Positions 51,560-64,000 of a DNA stretch of 64,000 nucleotides are shown here, piece after piece (position 1 is the first letter of the stretch; each line of letters begins with the position of its first letter). Both the position numbers and the translations under genes were made by a program. Source of the DNA: Vitrella brassicaformis CCMP3155 (taxonomy: Eukaryota; Protista; Chromerida); NCBI GenBank assembly GCA_001179505.1, contig CDMY01000266.1:1-64000 (forward strand). Reading direction: 5' to 3'. Under the pieces are notes generated by a model. That model saw nothing but the letters and a program-made list of their open reading frames with translations, was not told the DNA's origin and ran no database searches.

Positions 51560-52846
51560 TCACCACCAGCCCCTGCGGCCCCAGCCACGGCGGTATCCCC
51601 CGTGGCCCCAGCCGCCGAAGCGCCGGTATCCCCCGTGGTAGCCCCTGCCGTAGAAGCGCCGGCCGTAGTAGCCCCGGCGGCCGAAACGAGAGCGGCCGAA
51701 ATAAGAGCGGCCGAACATACCGCGGGAGCGTCCGAGCTTCAGACCACCAACTGACGAGCACGCAGACACACACAGAGAGGCCAAGATGAGCCACAGGCGA
51801 TGCTGCTTGGTGGTCTAGCTGATGACTGTCTGTGTACTCACATATGCCGAAGAGGCCCAGTCGGCGTCTGCTGGCCTGCTCGTCGGTGGCGGCCTCATCG
51901 TCATCGTCATCGGCTGTGTCGGCCTCCTCTTTGCTGAGCTTCTCGACTTCCTCGTCGGTGAGGAACTCGTATTCGTAGTCGCCGCTGTGGATGACCGCAC
52001 CCTTCTCGTCGACCAACGAGAACTCGCCTGAGTGAATGGATGGCCACAGACATACAGAGGCACGGAGAGTGCGTGTCGGCCTGCGCCTGTATGTGTGTGG
52101 TTCGTGGATTGCTCACCAGGTTTGGCGATGAGTATGTGTCCGAGTGAGAGGTGGACCTCAGTCGTGTTGGTCGTCAGATCACGGAAGACGCCCTCAATGT
52201 TGTAGACACGCTCAGAGGCCCTGTCACCCAGCTGACAGCAAAAGGGAGAGGGACACAGAGAAAAAGGGATGCCCATCCGCCACTCAGTGTGTGCCTTCCC
52301 CCGTGGCTCGCTTACGTTGATGTGGAGGGACTCCATCTTTTGGATCTCGTCGAGCGGGAGGAAGGCGAGGCCCTCCAAAGGCACACTGTCGAGTGCCTCG
52401 CTGAACCTCAGAGGCATGCTGTCCTTGCGGCTGACGAGCTGCTCGTCGTCGGACACCGTGATCTCCTTCGACACTGACGGACACACACACACACACACAC
52501 AGATGGACACCACACCCCTCCCACTTGCTGTCTGTGGCTGCGTACGCTGGATGGCGGCCAGCATGAGGCCGAACACACACGCGGCGGTCAGGACGATGGC
52601 GCCCACGACGGCCAGCACCTTGAGTGCGATGGTGCGCTTGGGCTTCTTGGTGGCCAACGACACCTGGGGGGCCTCCAAATCACAAACCTGCACACACCAG
52701 CAGCACACAGACAGACAGACAGACAGACAGGCAGACACACAAGAAGTAGGGATGGTGGCGGTGGGCATCAGGTTGGGTGAGAGAGCCATGTGTGTGTCAG
52801 TGGTCACCTTGCTGCCGATGGGCTGCTGGGCGACGGAGTGGGCCAT
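51560..52846 (-). CDS. Type II membrane/secretory precursor with acidic spacer, RRRL site and cationic Gly/Arg/Tyr tail (paralog 2)
   Basis: Same six-exon structure as 24408-25545; ends …SGDYEYEFLTDEEVEKLSKEEADTADDDDDEAATDEQASRRRLGLFGI/FGGLKLGRSRGMFGRSYFGRSRFGRRGYYGRRFYGRGYHGGYRRFGGWGHGGYRRGWGRRGWW*. Confidence 0.82.
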
Positions 52847-53077
52847 GGCGACAAACAAACGAGATGGCTGACGGGAGGAAGACCGACCAGGGACTTCGGG
52901 CAGAAGAGTGCTTGGCTGGGATTGAAGGCAGAAGTTGGTTTGAACCACGAGGTTGATGGAGATGGGGAGGAAGGCGGCGGCCTTCTGGTGGGAGGGAGGG
53001 GAGGGGAGGGAGAGGGAAGGCGTTGGGAGGGGTAGATGGAAGGCGTTCCGACTTTTGCCCTCCGACCGTTGCTGGCC
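51995..53077. repeat. Segmental duplication, direct orientation (partner ~24720-25757)
   Basis: Near-identical exons, introns and upstream region. Confidence 0.95.
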
Positions 53078-53404
53078 AACTTGACCGTTGCAAAAGTTCC
53101 TGGCCGGGATGCTTGTGTGTGAAGATGAATGCACGTCAGGCCCAGTTTGGGACCCAGTCCGTGTTCTGACGATCCACTGCACACCAAACGATGTCACTCA
53201 CAGAGTCTGGCTGCATGGTGTGGTCCTGGCGATTTCCCTCTCCAGCCACTTCTGACACAGCAGCCTGACTGAGTCTGAAGTGCTGCCGAGGCACCGCGCC
53301 AGCGACACACCAGCCAGCCCGCCACTCAGACATTCAGTGGCTATGGCGTATGTACGTACGTATGTATGCACGGCTGTATACAGTAGGTAGCACTATCTAC
53401 GTAT

Positions 53405-56400
53405 CTATCCGAGTATGTACATCAGAAGGGGGATTACCTTCACCATCGACAGGTCCGCAAACAGCACATCCACCTCACTCTAAAAGACACACACACACAC
53501 AGCCTTCTATCTGTGTGTCTGTTCTGTGCGTCTTCCTTCCTTGTGTGCAGTGCACACCCCACGCCTACTTCGCCCACATACCGTGTGTATGACTTTCATG
53601 ATCTGGTGCTCCCGCCATGCGAGTATGGCCACGGCGAGGAGGGGCAGCAGGTCCAGCCGGTCGTACCCGATGATCCGGTCCCACAACCAAAACACCTGGT
53701 GGTTGGCACAGAAATCAATAGGCACTCACGCCACCCACGTGTACGTTGCTTGCTGCGACTGACTATGTGCCTCTTGTGCGTCATTTCTGGCTGACCTCAT
53801 CACTCACCTCTGTGGGCGGCAGGACACCGATGAACCCCTGCACACCACACATCCAATTCGACCCATCCATCGGTGTGTGGGTGTGCTGTGCTGTGCCTGC
53901 ATATGTGTGTGTCTGTCTGTCTGTCTGTCTGTATCCCTGCCTGTACGATCCACGGGAAGACGAGCTTCAACGGACAGTACTCGAGAGCACACAGGCGATG
54001 ATACACCCCCTGCACCCCACCCATGCCATCCCATGCGCACCGCACACACATCCACCCAGCATAACTATGTCACGATTAATGAAGTCCTACTGGTATGGTT
54101 GTCGCCGCCAGGCCCTCAAACAGACCGCACAAACCAACAAGCGTGCTGTCCACCTCCCTGTCCAACACGCACACACACACACACACAGACAGACAGTGAG
54201 GAATAGAATGTCCTCTCTCCCTCCCTTGTTCAAATCCATCCACTCACTCACATGTGGCCACTTGCCATTCTCGTCTCTCCCTCTCCGCCCACCAGGTGGC
54301 ACACAGCAGCCCACGACACACCGTCCCCGCTGCTGCTGCTATCAGGCTGTCTTGTGCCGCGATTGTCTCTGAACAGGGAGGCCGCATGCGAGAAGAGAGA
54401 CGCCGGAGGGCTTATGGTGTGGAAGGGGGAGGCTGGGTGGTGCTGGTGCTGGCGCTGCTGGTGCTGCGGCCGACATGGGCAGAGTGTGTGGAGGCGGATG
54501 AAGTAGGTCGAGTAGACGGCGCGGAACAGGGGATACACCTCCGTCAGCTGCAATCAGTGAATGACACAGACAGGGAGGGAGGGCACATGTCTATCCAATG
54601 AGATGACTGACCGAGATATGGCTGCCCTGCCTGCCTGGTATCTATCACTCTCACCGACTCTGAGAGGAAGCTGAATGGCGCGGCATACAATGCGTAGCCT
54701 GACATGAATATTCATGACATCATCACGGCCGGCAGGACGCCCACAGGCGAACGAAGATGCATGGACTGGACGGCTCTTCTCTCTGATGCGATTCGAGTCA
54801 CCCTTGAATGGCAGCACGCCGCTGGGCGGCACCAGCACCGTCCCTTTTGCGTCGTTGGCGGGGGATGTGGCCATCACAGGGGGGTAGGGCAGGAACTGAC
54901 GTGACGTGAGAGGCGAGTGACGTGACAATGGCAGCCAGGCGGGTACATACCTGGCTCATGGGGGGGATGGCAGGGTCACGCGTCAGTGCCAGCAGCTGCA
55001 CACACATACACACACACACACACACACACAAGCCAGATGAGCACCTCTGAATGGCGCATTAGTATGCACAGGTGTGTGCGTGTGCGTCATGTGTATACGC
55101 ACTAGATGCTCTATGAGCTGCTCAAATGGGAAGTAGTGAGAGTCCCCAGTCGACTCCCCGACGTCCAACCGATGCTACACACACACACACACACACACGC
55201 ACAGGGCATCAGCCAAATCACCCTCCTGGTCATCCATGTCCTCTCTCACCACGTCATCCAGTATCCACTCTCTCGAGGACAGGTCGACGGCGAACTGCTG
55301 GAGGTACCGCCGTGCATCCTCACCCTGGTCGCTGCTGACCAGTATGGTGCGCCACACGGCGAAGCGCAAGGACGGGGGGACCCCCTGACGAGCATACGCC
55401 CGCAGTGAGGCGCGATCGCCCTGCACACCATACATACAAAGCAAATTTGGATGGATGGATGGATGGTGGGTGCAGTGGAAGGGGGCCAGAGAGGTATGTG
55501 TGTGTGGTTGGCACCTCACCTTCTGTATGAGTTGTATGCCTTGCTGCAGGTGCTCCTGCTCGCTCCTGGGGGTGTTGACGCCTCCCAACTGCATACACAT
55601 GCATGGACAAGCACACGGCCAACGGAACTCAGAGATGGGGAGCTCTCCGTGTGAATGCAATGCACCGTCTGACCTGACTGACTGACTGACTGACCTGTGG
55701 GCTCGTTCGCAGAAGATCAGCATAGATCTCGCGATAGTACTCCAGACCCCCTGCAAACCCAAGAACCAGCAAATGACAAACCAAACCACCGCCACCATTG
55801 ATCCTTCCTCACTCTGCTCAAGCGCCATAGCAGCCGTCAGTCCGCCATGATGCCCACACACAGCCTTGGCCGTCTTTGGTTTGGTTGCTGATGGGCTGGG
55901 GGGGCTGGGTGGGCACCGGAGAGTGCCGTGTGCGAGAGGGGGTGGCAGGGGAGGGTGGCCCGGGATGTTGGGATGGCGACCTTGGCCGTCATCCCCCTCC
56001 TGGCCGCTGGCAGTGGCCGTGCAGAGGTCCATCACCTGTTGGTACAGCTCGGCAAGGTCGACGAGGGGTCTCGTTTCGACCTCCTCCACATAGCCCCCGC
56101 CCGCATGCCTCATCGAACACCCACCATCGTTGTTGCTGCTGCTACCTGTGGGCATCAGGCATCATGGAAAACTCACTCATGTGTCGATCTGTCGGGCGTG
56201 TGAAGGCATTGATCTAGTGGTCGATTGCATCACCCACCTTGGGTGGATAGCGAGTCGGATGATGGCGACTGTGGGCGGCCGGTGGCCGCCTGCCGGATGT
56301 CCTCATCCCCCTCACGCACCCTGACACACAGACAGACAGACAGACAGACAGATGGGACGACACAGACATGGCACCGCGTCCCAGTGAGATCCCTCCTAAG

Positions 56401-57372
56401 CCCCATCCATCTATGTGTGTACTTGAGAATGGCCTGTTTCTGCTCGTGAGAAAGAAGACGCAACTCCTGCACACGGCAGTGCAGGGCAGGGCATTGTGCG
56501 TCCATTCATTGTCCGTTGACGTGCTGTCTGTGCCCATCTGTGTACCTTACCTTGAGCATGCGCCTGCTGAATCTGTGGGCAATTCGGACGAGAGATGGGT
56601 GCGCAGAGGGCGAGGGCTCGTAGTAGCTGCCTGTGGCCCCCGGTGACAATGACAATCCGTGGCATCCTGGGATGGGCGGAGGCGACGGATAATCTGCACA
56701 CACACACACACACACACGTACGGCCGGACAGACCTTGAACGCGTCAGTCACTGGCACACAGCAGCCAGCCACTCACCCAAAGCCCTCCCTGCGACTCACC
56801 TTTGTGGCACAGCCTGGCCATGTCCTTGTGCCGAACATCCATCCGCTTCAGCGCATCCATCGCCCACTCTCGCAGCATATCCGCAAAGGTCCTCCCCCCT
56901 CTCCCTCCCTCCCCACCTCCATCACACGCAGGCCCGCCTCCCGTCGTCCTCGACGCCAGCACCCTCGCCACCAGTGCAGCTGGGCTCGGAGCCTCACCTT
57001 CATCCGCCTCTTGTGAGTCGGCCGGCAACTGCTCAGGTGTGTCGGGGGAGGTGGGCGGACTTGCTGCTGTCGTGGTTTTGCGGATGCTGACCACGGGAAT
57101 GGACGGCTGTGGCGCACACATGATGCTCCGCGAGGCGTCGGCTGAAAGAGAGCGAGAGATCTTTGGGTGAAGCGTGTTGGCATACACTGCAGCCCTTGCC
57201 TACCTGTGTGGTTTTCTGCCGTCCTGGGCGCAGAGTCGCCGTCGGTGCCGTGATGGTCATCGTTGAGTTCGTGCTGCAGGCGGGCGATGAGATCTCTGAA
57301 GCATGAAGGCGGGGCTGAAGCCGCAGACGGCCCGCACAGCTCACTGATCAACGCATCCACGAGATCATCCAT
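53405..57372 (-). CDS. TBC1D19: TBC (Rab-GAP) domain protein, TBC1D19-like
   Basis: RQGVPPSLRFAVWRTIL, DSHYFPFEQ…LLALTRD, GVLPF/…GYALYAAPFSFL, LFRAVYSTYFIRLH, PLKLVFPWIV, QVFWLWDRIIGYDRLDLLPLLAVAILAWR and final LFADLSMVKVIPLL. The start codon is uncertain. Confidence 0.85.
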
Positions 57373-58076
57373 CTCCTTCGTTCGCCTCCGCCATCTAGCT
57401 CGCCAATGGGCACCGATCTCGAGATCTAGGCCACACTTCGCTCCGCGAATGCAAGTCGACAGTTCATCGCAACGCAACATGACATGCGACAAGTGAATCG
57501 TGACTCGGTCCGTCCCATTCCATCGCAGTCAACCAACACATGAAGGTTCGACATGTGAATGCACTCACTGTCATGTCCATGCAGAGAGACTATACAGTAT
57601 CAACGTGGTCAACTATACAGCTCCCTCACCCGACCCGACCCGTCGGCCGGCAAAACCCTCACATAACTAACACTAACACTGACATACACACACTGACTGC
57701 ACCACTGCACTGCACGCATTCCGTGAGTGAGCATCACACTCGTGCGTCACTCAGTAAGAGGCCCGCACAGACACACCACACACACCTCACACAAGACGCC
57801 ATCCTCTCACTCAGTGGAAAGAGTGAGCCCTTCACAGACACACACGTAGATAGACAAATGCACACACACACACACACACACGCACAGACAATGTTATATC
57901 ATCCGCTTAGCCCATCGCTCCCTCGCTCCCTCTCTGCGTGGCCCCAGGCACTTCATGCAGAGGGCAGCCATTCAACACACAAACACACACACACACACAT
58001 ACGCATTCACGCGCACGATCGCGCCAACCCACACAATGCGACGACTGCGCTTCCCACACTCTCACTCTCGCCCCAC

Positions 58077-58376
58077 NNNNNNNNNNNNNNNNNNNNNNNN
58101 NNNNNNNNNNNNNNNNNNNNNNNNNNNNNNNNNNNNNNNNNNNNNNNNNNNNNNNNNNNNNNNNNNNNNNNNNNNNNNNNNNNNNNNNNNNNNNNNNNNN
58201 NNNNNNNNNNNNNNNNNNNNNNNNNNNNNNNNNNNNNNNNNNNNNNNNNNNNNNNNNNNNNNNNNNNNNNNNNNNNNNNNNNNNNNNNNNNNNNNNNNNN
58301 NNNNNNNNNNNNNNNNNNNNNNNNNNNNNNNNNNNNNNNNNNNNNNNNNNNNNNNNNNNNNNNNNNNNNNNNNNNN
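58077..58376. other. Assembly gap (300 N)
   Basis: Run of N flanked by short C-rich sequence. Confidence 0.99.
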
Positions 58377-58407
58377 CCCACCCCATGCATGCAGGATTGA
58401 ATCAAAC

Positions 58408-60141
58408 CTAAAACGAGCCACTGAGACTTCCGCCGTCAGGCCACTTTGGTGTCATTTCCTTCTTTGTCTTGGGCAGCCGCTCCATGAGGCTGTTGAGGAC
58501 GGCGAGTCCTTTGATGAATATAGTCGAGCAGGTGGCCGTGATGGCGACGACCATCGTGACACGGTCCGTCATCCCCGGGCCGTACAGGATAGTCATGACA
58601 AGGATGGGGACCTCGAACAGCGACGCCGCGAAGAGGCAGGCGTGCTGCCGCAGGGTGGCCCTTTGTCGGATGAAGTAGGCGACGATTGCACTCAGGTTGT
58701 CCACTTGGCAGAGGATCAGTATCGACACCCCGGGCCACACCAAGTCATGCTGAATCATGCCCATTCCCACAACTGCAATCAACGCAACAAAGCACGGCAA
58801 CAGCAGTAGGTAGGTAGTGGGTGTCTGGTTGGCTGAGAGGTGGCGCGGCGTGGCGTGTGCAGCTGAGCTACCTACCGAGGTCAGACATGAAGTCCACAAT
58901 AGTGAGCATGTAGGCGATGTACTTGAGCAGCTGACAGAAGTCCAGCGCGTCCATGCCCCTCATCCAGGGCACACACTTCCGAATCAGAGGGAATAGCCGG
59001 TTCTGATCCGCCCACACATGCCCCGAGGCCGTCAGCAGACGCGTACAAGGGACATCCACCAGGCCGTACAAGCTGGACACACGCGAGAGCCACCGACTCC
59101 CATGCAGCCTCTCCAGCGCATGATCCTCGTCTGTGAACAATCGTGGCTGGGCGTTGAGAGCAAAGCAGGGCGTGACGAGGCCCATATAGATGCACAGCAC
59201 TAGCAAAGTGGCCGCATACCCGAACGCTGCACGGACACGGCAGGAGGTTGCAGGGAGTGCATTGGTCAGACTGTCTGTCTGTCTGCTCCCATCCTTTGTT
59301 TTGTTGTTCCTTACGTGTGTAGACCAGGACGCAGGCCGTCACCAGGACGCCATATATGAGTGCCACGACCTGGACAGCCAGATTCCTGTACGTCCCGTAA
59401 GGATATAGCAAGTTGACGGTGGCCAACAGCATGGGATCTCCCACTTCAAACATGCAAACAAGCAGGGTCACCAAACAGTCAAGGAGGCAATAGCTCAGGG
59501 GAAGTCAAGTCATTGCGCCTACCGATTCCACTCATGGCGTACATGCTGGCCCATTTCGATTCAGGCACAAGGACAATTGTGATCGCTGCTATCAGGAACA
59601 GCCAGAAGCCCCCGAGGACTGCACACACGCGTCCGCCAAGACAACAAACAAAACAGACAGCACGAGTGGCTTTTGGCTCCCGTCAGTAGTCAGGACGGTG
59701 CCTTGCCTCCTCATTCTTACACGACAATGTCCAACAGAGTCCCATCTTTGCCGGCACATCAGGGAGATAGAATCGCAGCCTTCGCTCCCGCCCCCAGACG
59801 TCGGCCACAAGATCCATTACTAGGTACTTGCCGGGAGGCTGTGCAGCCGCCTTCTTGGCATCGTCATTGACAGAGCCAGACGGGCTGGGGCTCCGGTCAC
59901 CCGCAGCAACACACACCTGACTTGAGCGCTGGGAGGGAAACAGGGGGCCGACGCCGCCGCTCGAGTCCGCCGTTGACGCTGCACTGGCAGGCGTTGCCGA
60001 GCCCAGCACATCAATTACGACAGATCTCGGTGACACAGCTGTTGCTGACGAGGCTTGGGAGGCGGTCGCCAAGAAGGAATGGCATGCTGACCACGACGAG
60101 ATCTCGTCGGAGATGGGCGATAACATCGCAGACGAGCACAC
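58408..60141 (-). CDS. Multi-pass membrane protein of unknown function (5' structure uncertain)
   Basis: Several hydrophobic exon peptides (LAVQVVALIYGVLVTACVLVY; MLVLCIYMGLVTPCF; LLKYIAYMLTIVDFMSDL; LLLLPCFVALIAVVGMGMI; LFAASLFEVPILVMTILY; VTMVVAITATCSTIFIKGL). Linkage to the Ser-rich ORF at 59683-60141 is inferred. Confidence 0.5.
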
Positions 60142-60505
60142 AGCCGACAGAGCTCATTGGAGGCAACATTCTATCTCTCGAGATCTATCCCGAGAGAAGG
60201 ACTGTGATGGAGAGGCCGGAGAGCAGTCGATCCCGGAGTCAAACCCATCCACCATCATCCATCTCCTTTCTCTCGCGGGGGTCACGCGACGGGCGAATGG
60301 CCCTACGCCCTCAGGATTCCGCAGGGATTCCCCTCGCCAGCGAATTTCCCTCGCGTCTGCGCTGCGAGCTTAGCTTGCAGACTTAAGAAAACTTGAGAGG
60401 AAACGCTGCAGCTCAAGGAAACTCTGCACCGATTCTGACTCGTGGATGTGCAGATCTGCCTCGGCGATGAATGGAATATTCATCGCCCCTCTGCCTGCAC
60501 CCGCC

Positions 60506-63500
60506 ATGAGGATCTCCGTTCGGTGCTTTGCGGGCGGCGTGCTGCCACACGGTGGCGCTGTGCAGCAGCCCAGGAGCTTCCCCTTCCTCGCAGGAATGGG
60601 GTAGGAACATGAGAGCAAAGAAATAGCGACACTGAATGGACGCGTGTGTTGTGTTGTGTTGATTGGTGACACATTTTTCAGGATCAACAGCCAGCAGCCT
60701 GCTGCCAGTGCAGCCATCCCGGAAGACCAGTATCTCACGATGCGGCAGCGGCTGCGGAGGGCGCTCATCCTCCCCGACGTCTGGAACTACCTCGCCAGCA
60801 GACTCATCGGTGTGTACGCGCCAACCAGACCACACGCACACGTGTCATGGCTGTCTGTGTTTCTGTGTGCCTGTGTGTCTGTGTGTGTGGCGTACCGTCC
60901 GTCCACACAGGCAAGCCCAAGACGAAACAGATGCGTCGCTTGCTGTACTTCAACAGGAGGCACAAGAAGTTCGCCCCCGTGTTTATCGACCAGCTCAAGC
61001 CCAAGATGAAGTGGGCGGCCTCCGCGCTCGAGGAGTCCCAGCTGCCCCTCCCACGGCTCCCAGAGGTCGCATTTGCAGGCCGCAGCAACTGCGGCAAGTC
61101 CACCCTCCTCAACGAGCTCGTGGGGCGCTCCAACATCTCCAAAGTCGGCAGAAGGCCTGGTGAGTGGCTGGCAACTCACACCAGATGAGATGAGCACTCG
61201 TGACGTTGTGGTGTGTGTCGTGTGTGTCGTGTGTGTGGATTAGGTACGACGCAGGAGCTGCAGTTTTACGCCATCGGCAAGCCAGCGTTGCTGTGTATGG
61301 TGGACCTCCCCGGGTACGGCCACGCTGAGGTCAAGGAGGAGAAGAGGCTGCAGTGGACAGAGTTCACCCTCTACTACATCAAGAACAGAAAAAACCTCAA
61401 AAAGGTCGGTGTCTGGTGCCAGAATGGTCTTGAATGGCCATCCTTCTGTGTGTGTGTTGTGTGTGTAGGTGATGGTCCTGGTGGATGCCCGTGTGGGTCT
61501 CAAGAATGCGGATCGCGAGCTGCTGTCCTTCTTGGAGCGGCATGGCGTCAAGTGGCAGATCGTCATGACCAAATGCGACCTCGTCGGCATCAAAACAGCC
61601 TGCAAGAAAGTGGCACTCGTGAGTGAGCCGAGACAGACAGAACATAGATGCCAGCCACGACAGCACAACACAACACACGAATGAATGCACTGCGGTTGCT
61701 GTGAATGTGATGCTGTGCAGTTGCGCGAGGAGCTAGTTCGGTTCAAGGGCCAGGCAGGCCCTGTGCTGCCCGTCAGCGCAATGCACAGACAGGTCAGTAC
61801 CCACACTGCAGTCTGCAACCAACCAGACGTCCACACGTTCACTACGTGTGTGCGTAGGGTTTGGATGACGTGCGTCGCGAGGTGGGCAACGTCAAGCTGG
61901 CCAAGAAAATCGTTACCGACGGCATCAGGCAGCGGGTCTGCGACCTCATCGAGGCACAGAGACTCAAGCGACTGCAGGAACAAAAGAAGAAGTGGTCAGG
62001 CTGGCTGACACAGCACACACACGGCTATATCGTGTGTATGGGTGTGCTGTGTACGTGTTGGTGTGTCGGTGTTAGGGAGGAGAAGCGCGCCAAGGCGATT
62101 GAGGAGGGGCAATCTGAGGCTGATCTGGACAAGGAGGGCGACCCCTTTGTCGGCCGCCTGGCCGTGCAGAAGGCCCTCAAACGCTGGGGACTCATCGACG
62201 AGACCGAAGAACATGAAGACAATATGGATATGCCCCCCCCTGGTGCCACTTCCCCGGCCACTCATCCATCGGCTGTGGATGAGTCATCGGAGCAGAAGCT
62301 GATGATGTCCCTCACCACACACCCACTCGACGACCGTGACTGGATCAGAAGCCACACCCTCGTACAAGACCTCGCAATATCTCTCGGCATCGCACACCAA
62401 GACCAGCAACACGAGCAGCAACAGGAGCAGCCATCCACTCCTCCGTCGCCCTCTCCTCCGTCTGTCCACCACCTGCCGTCGATGGAGGCTGCCATGGCTG
62501 CCCTGCCGCCCACATGGGACTCTGAAGCCGACCTCGGCAGCACCACCGACATGGTGCCCGAGAGCGACATGGACGATGCAGACGGGGGGAGGGACAGGCG
62601 ACTGACGAGAGGCCGGGTGATCGGCCGACGGAGGATGAAGGACAAGAAAAGGCATGTTGCTGCTGCTCTTGGTGATGGTGGCGCTGCTCGTGGCGGTGGT
62701 GGTGAGCATGAGCTCGCGAGACGGCTCAACGAGGTGGACCTGACTGAAGCAGACAAAGAAGACGCAACGGACCCTCCATCGTCGCAGAGGCGCAGATCCG
62801 ACAGTCGGACAGCCCTTCTCCGTTCCATGTCAGCAAGACGGCACCATGACCATTCCCAACCCACCCAACACCATCACCAAGACAACGCAGATGAGTGGCA
62901 ATGGGACGAGTCGGTGCCTGAGGCGACCAAGGAGCAGCCTACAAGCCGCTTCCCCTCTGCGAGGGCGGCCTCTCACGGCTACGAATACGACAGCGCCCTC
63001 TCGTTCGAGCACATCCCGCTGGTGGGCGGTCTGACGCGGACAGGCGACATGGGCAGGGGGGGCCGAGATGGTGTTGGTGACAGGGGTGCGAGGAGACAGC
63101 AGATGAGACTCGATAGCCAAGTGGCAGCGCTGGAACAGGTGCGTGCGGGGGGGTGGACAAAAGACGATTGACGCCTCTCTCTCTCTCTCTCTCTCTGCGT
63201 GTGTTCTGTGTGTTAGGGTGAGGACATCTCCGACGCTCGTCCAGTGCACCCGCCCTCTCATCAGCATCGGCCGGCCATCCCTTCAGCAGTGGACGACTGG
63301 CGCGCCGAGCCGATGGGTGCCCGAGGGCTGGCCTTCGACCTCTCCATGACACCAACCGACAGACACGAGCCGGCCCACACAGAGACACCTGGGTCGGCTG
63401 CTGCTGCCGGGAGGATGCCATCACTGCCGCCAGCTGGTGGTGGTCGCAAGTCGTCTTCTCACTCACGGCGGGTCCGTCAGGACACTTTCCTGGAACATGA

Positions 63501-64000
63501 AGACCTCATGAGCAAGGTGACGTCTTCACACGCTCAGACGCACACGCATGCACACATGGGTGTGGGGGCGTCCGTGCCTTCTTCGCTCGTCGTGTCCTGC
63601 AGGCCGAGTTGATGTCTGGGAAGCGGAAGCCGATGCTGCGCCACGCCAAGCAGGGCACTCAGCTGTCGGACCCACCTGACCGCACGCAGTACACCGGTGG
63701 GCGGATGTTCCCACCACACACACTCAACATGCACACCAAGATGTTTTGGTGTGTGTGTTGGTGTGTTGTGTGTCGCGTGTTTGGTGTGGCATGTAGGAAC
63801 GTATGAGAGGGATCTGCGTGGCGGCTACGAGCGCAAGTGGCGGATGGAGCTGGACGAGCTCGACGGATCCAAAGCTCAACACAACCTCAAACAACTCACT
63901 GCCCACAAAGAAGGCACGTGCCATTCCCCTCCCTCCCCCTCCCCCCCATACACACACACACACCCACTTTTGTGTGGTGTGCTGCAATGGACGGTATGGA
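60506..64000 (+). CDS. engB: EngB/YihA/YsxC-family GTP-binding protein with long C-terminal extension (runs off the window)
   Basis: G1 EVAFAGRSNCGKSTLLN, G2 RP/GTTQ, G3 MVDLPGYG, VLVDARVG, G4 MTKCD, G5 PVSA. N-terminus MRISVRCFAGG resembles a mitochondrial leader. The start is uncertain (60467 or 60506). Confidence 0.92.

Noticed and set aside
51575-51725. Short spaced direct repeats (cggtatcccccgtgg, gagcggccgaa) superficially like a CRISPR array
   Set aside because: These are codon-level repeats of the Gly/Arg-rich last exon; eukaryotic context, irregular spacing, no cas genes.
57540-58400. Long plus-strand ORFs spanning the second gap
   Set aside because: Made of CA-microsatellite translation and N runs; no coding signal.

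Overview
Intron-rich, GC-rich eukaryotic genomic DNA. Short GT-AG introns full of (CA)n/(GT)n/(GACA)n/(GGAT)n repeats, plus the gene content, suggest a chromerid alveolate such as Vitrella (inference). About 20 spliced protein-coding genes can be assembled by hand, many in head-to-head pairs. Recognisable genes: GH3 beta-xylosidase, DCAF7/AN11-like WD40 protein, a divergent lidless Hsp70, NAC alpha, a BAR-like protein, PUS7/TruD, an atypical CMGC kinase, a TBC1D19-like protein and an EngB/YihA GTPase that runs off the right edge. There are two 300-N gaps. The 24-53 kb interval is rich in uncharacterised secreted or processed proteins. Most striking is a duplicated gene pair (24408-25545 and 51560-52846) encoding a signal anchor, a conserved domain, an acidic spacer, RRRL and a Gly/Arg/aromatic cationic tail; spacer and tail have diverged together while staying charge-balanced, like an antimicrobial-peptide precursor. 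The interval also holds a secreted protein with a conotoxin/baculovirus-ctl-like knottin and a ~13 kb gene with about 22 sushi/CCP-like modules. No rRNA, tRNA, CRISPR array or transposase was recognised. Exon boundaries were inferred by eye and are approximate.
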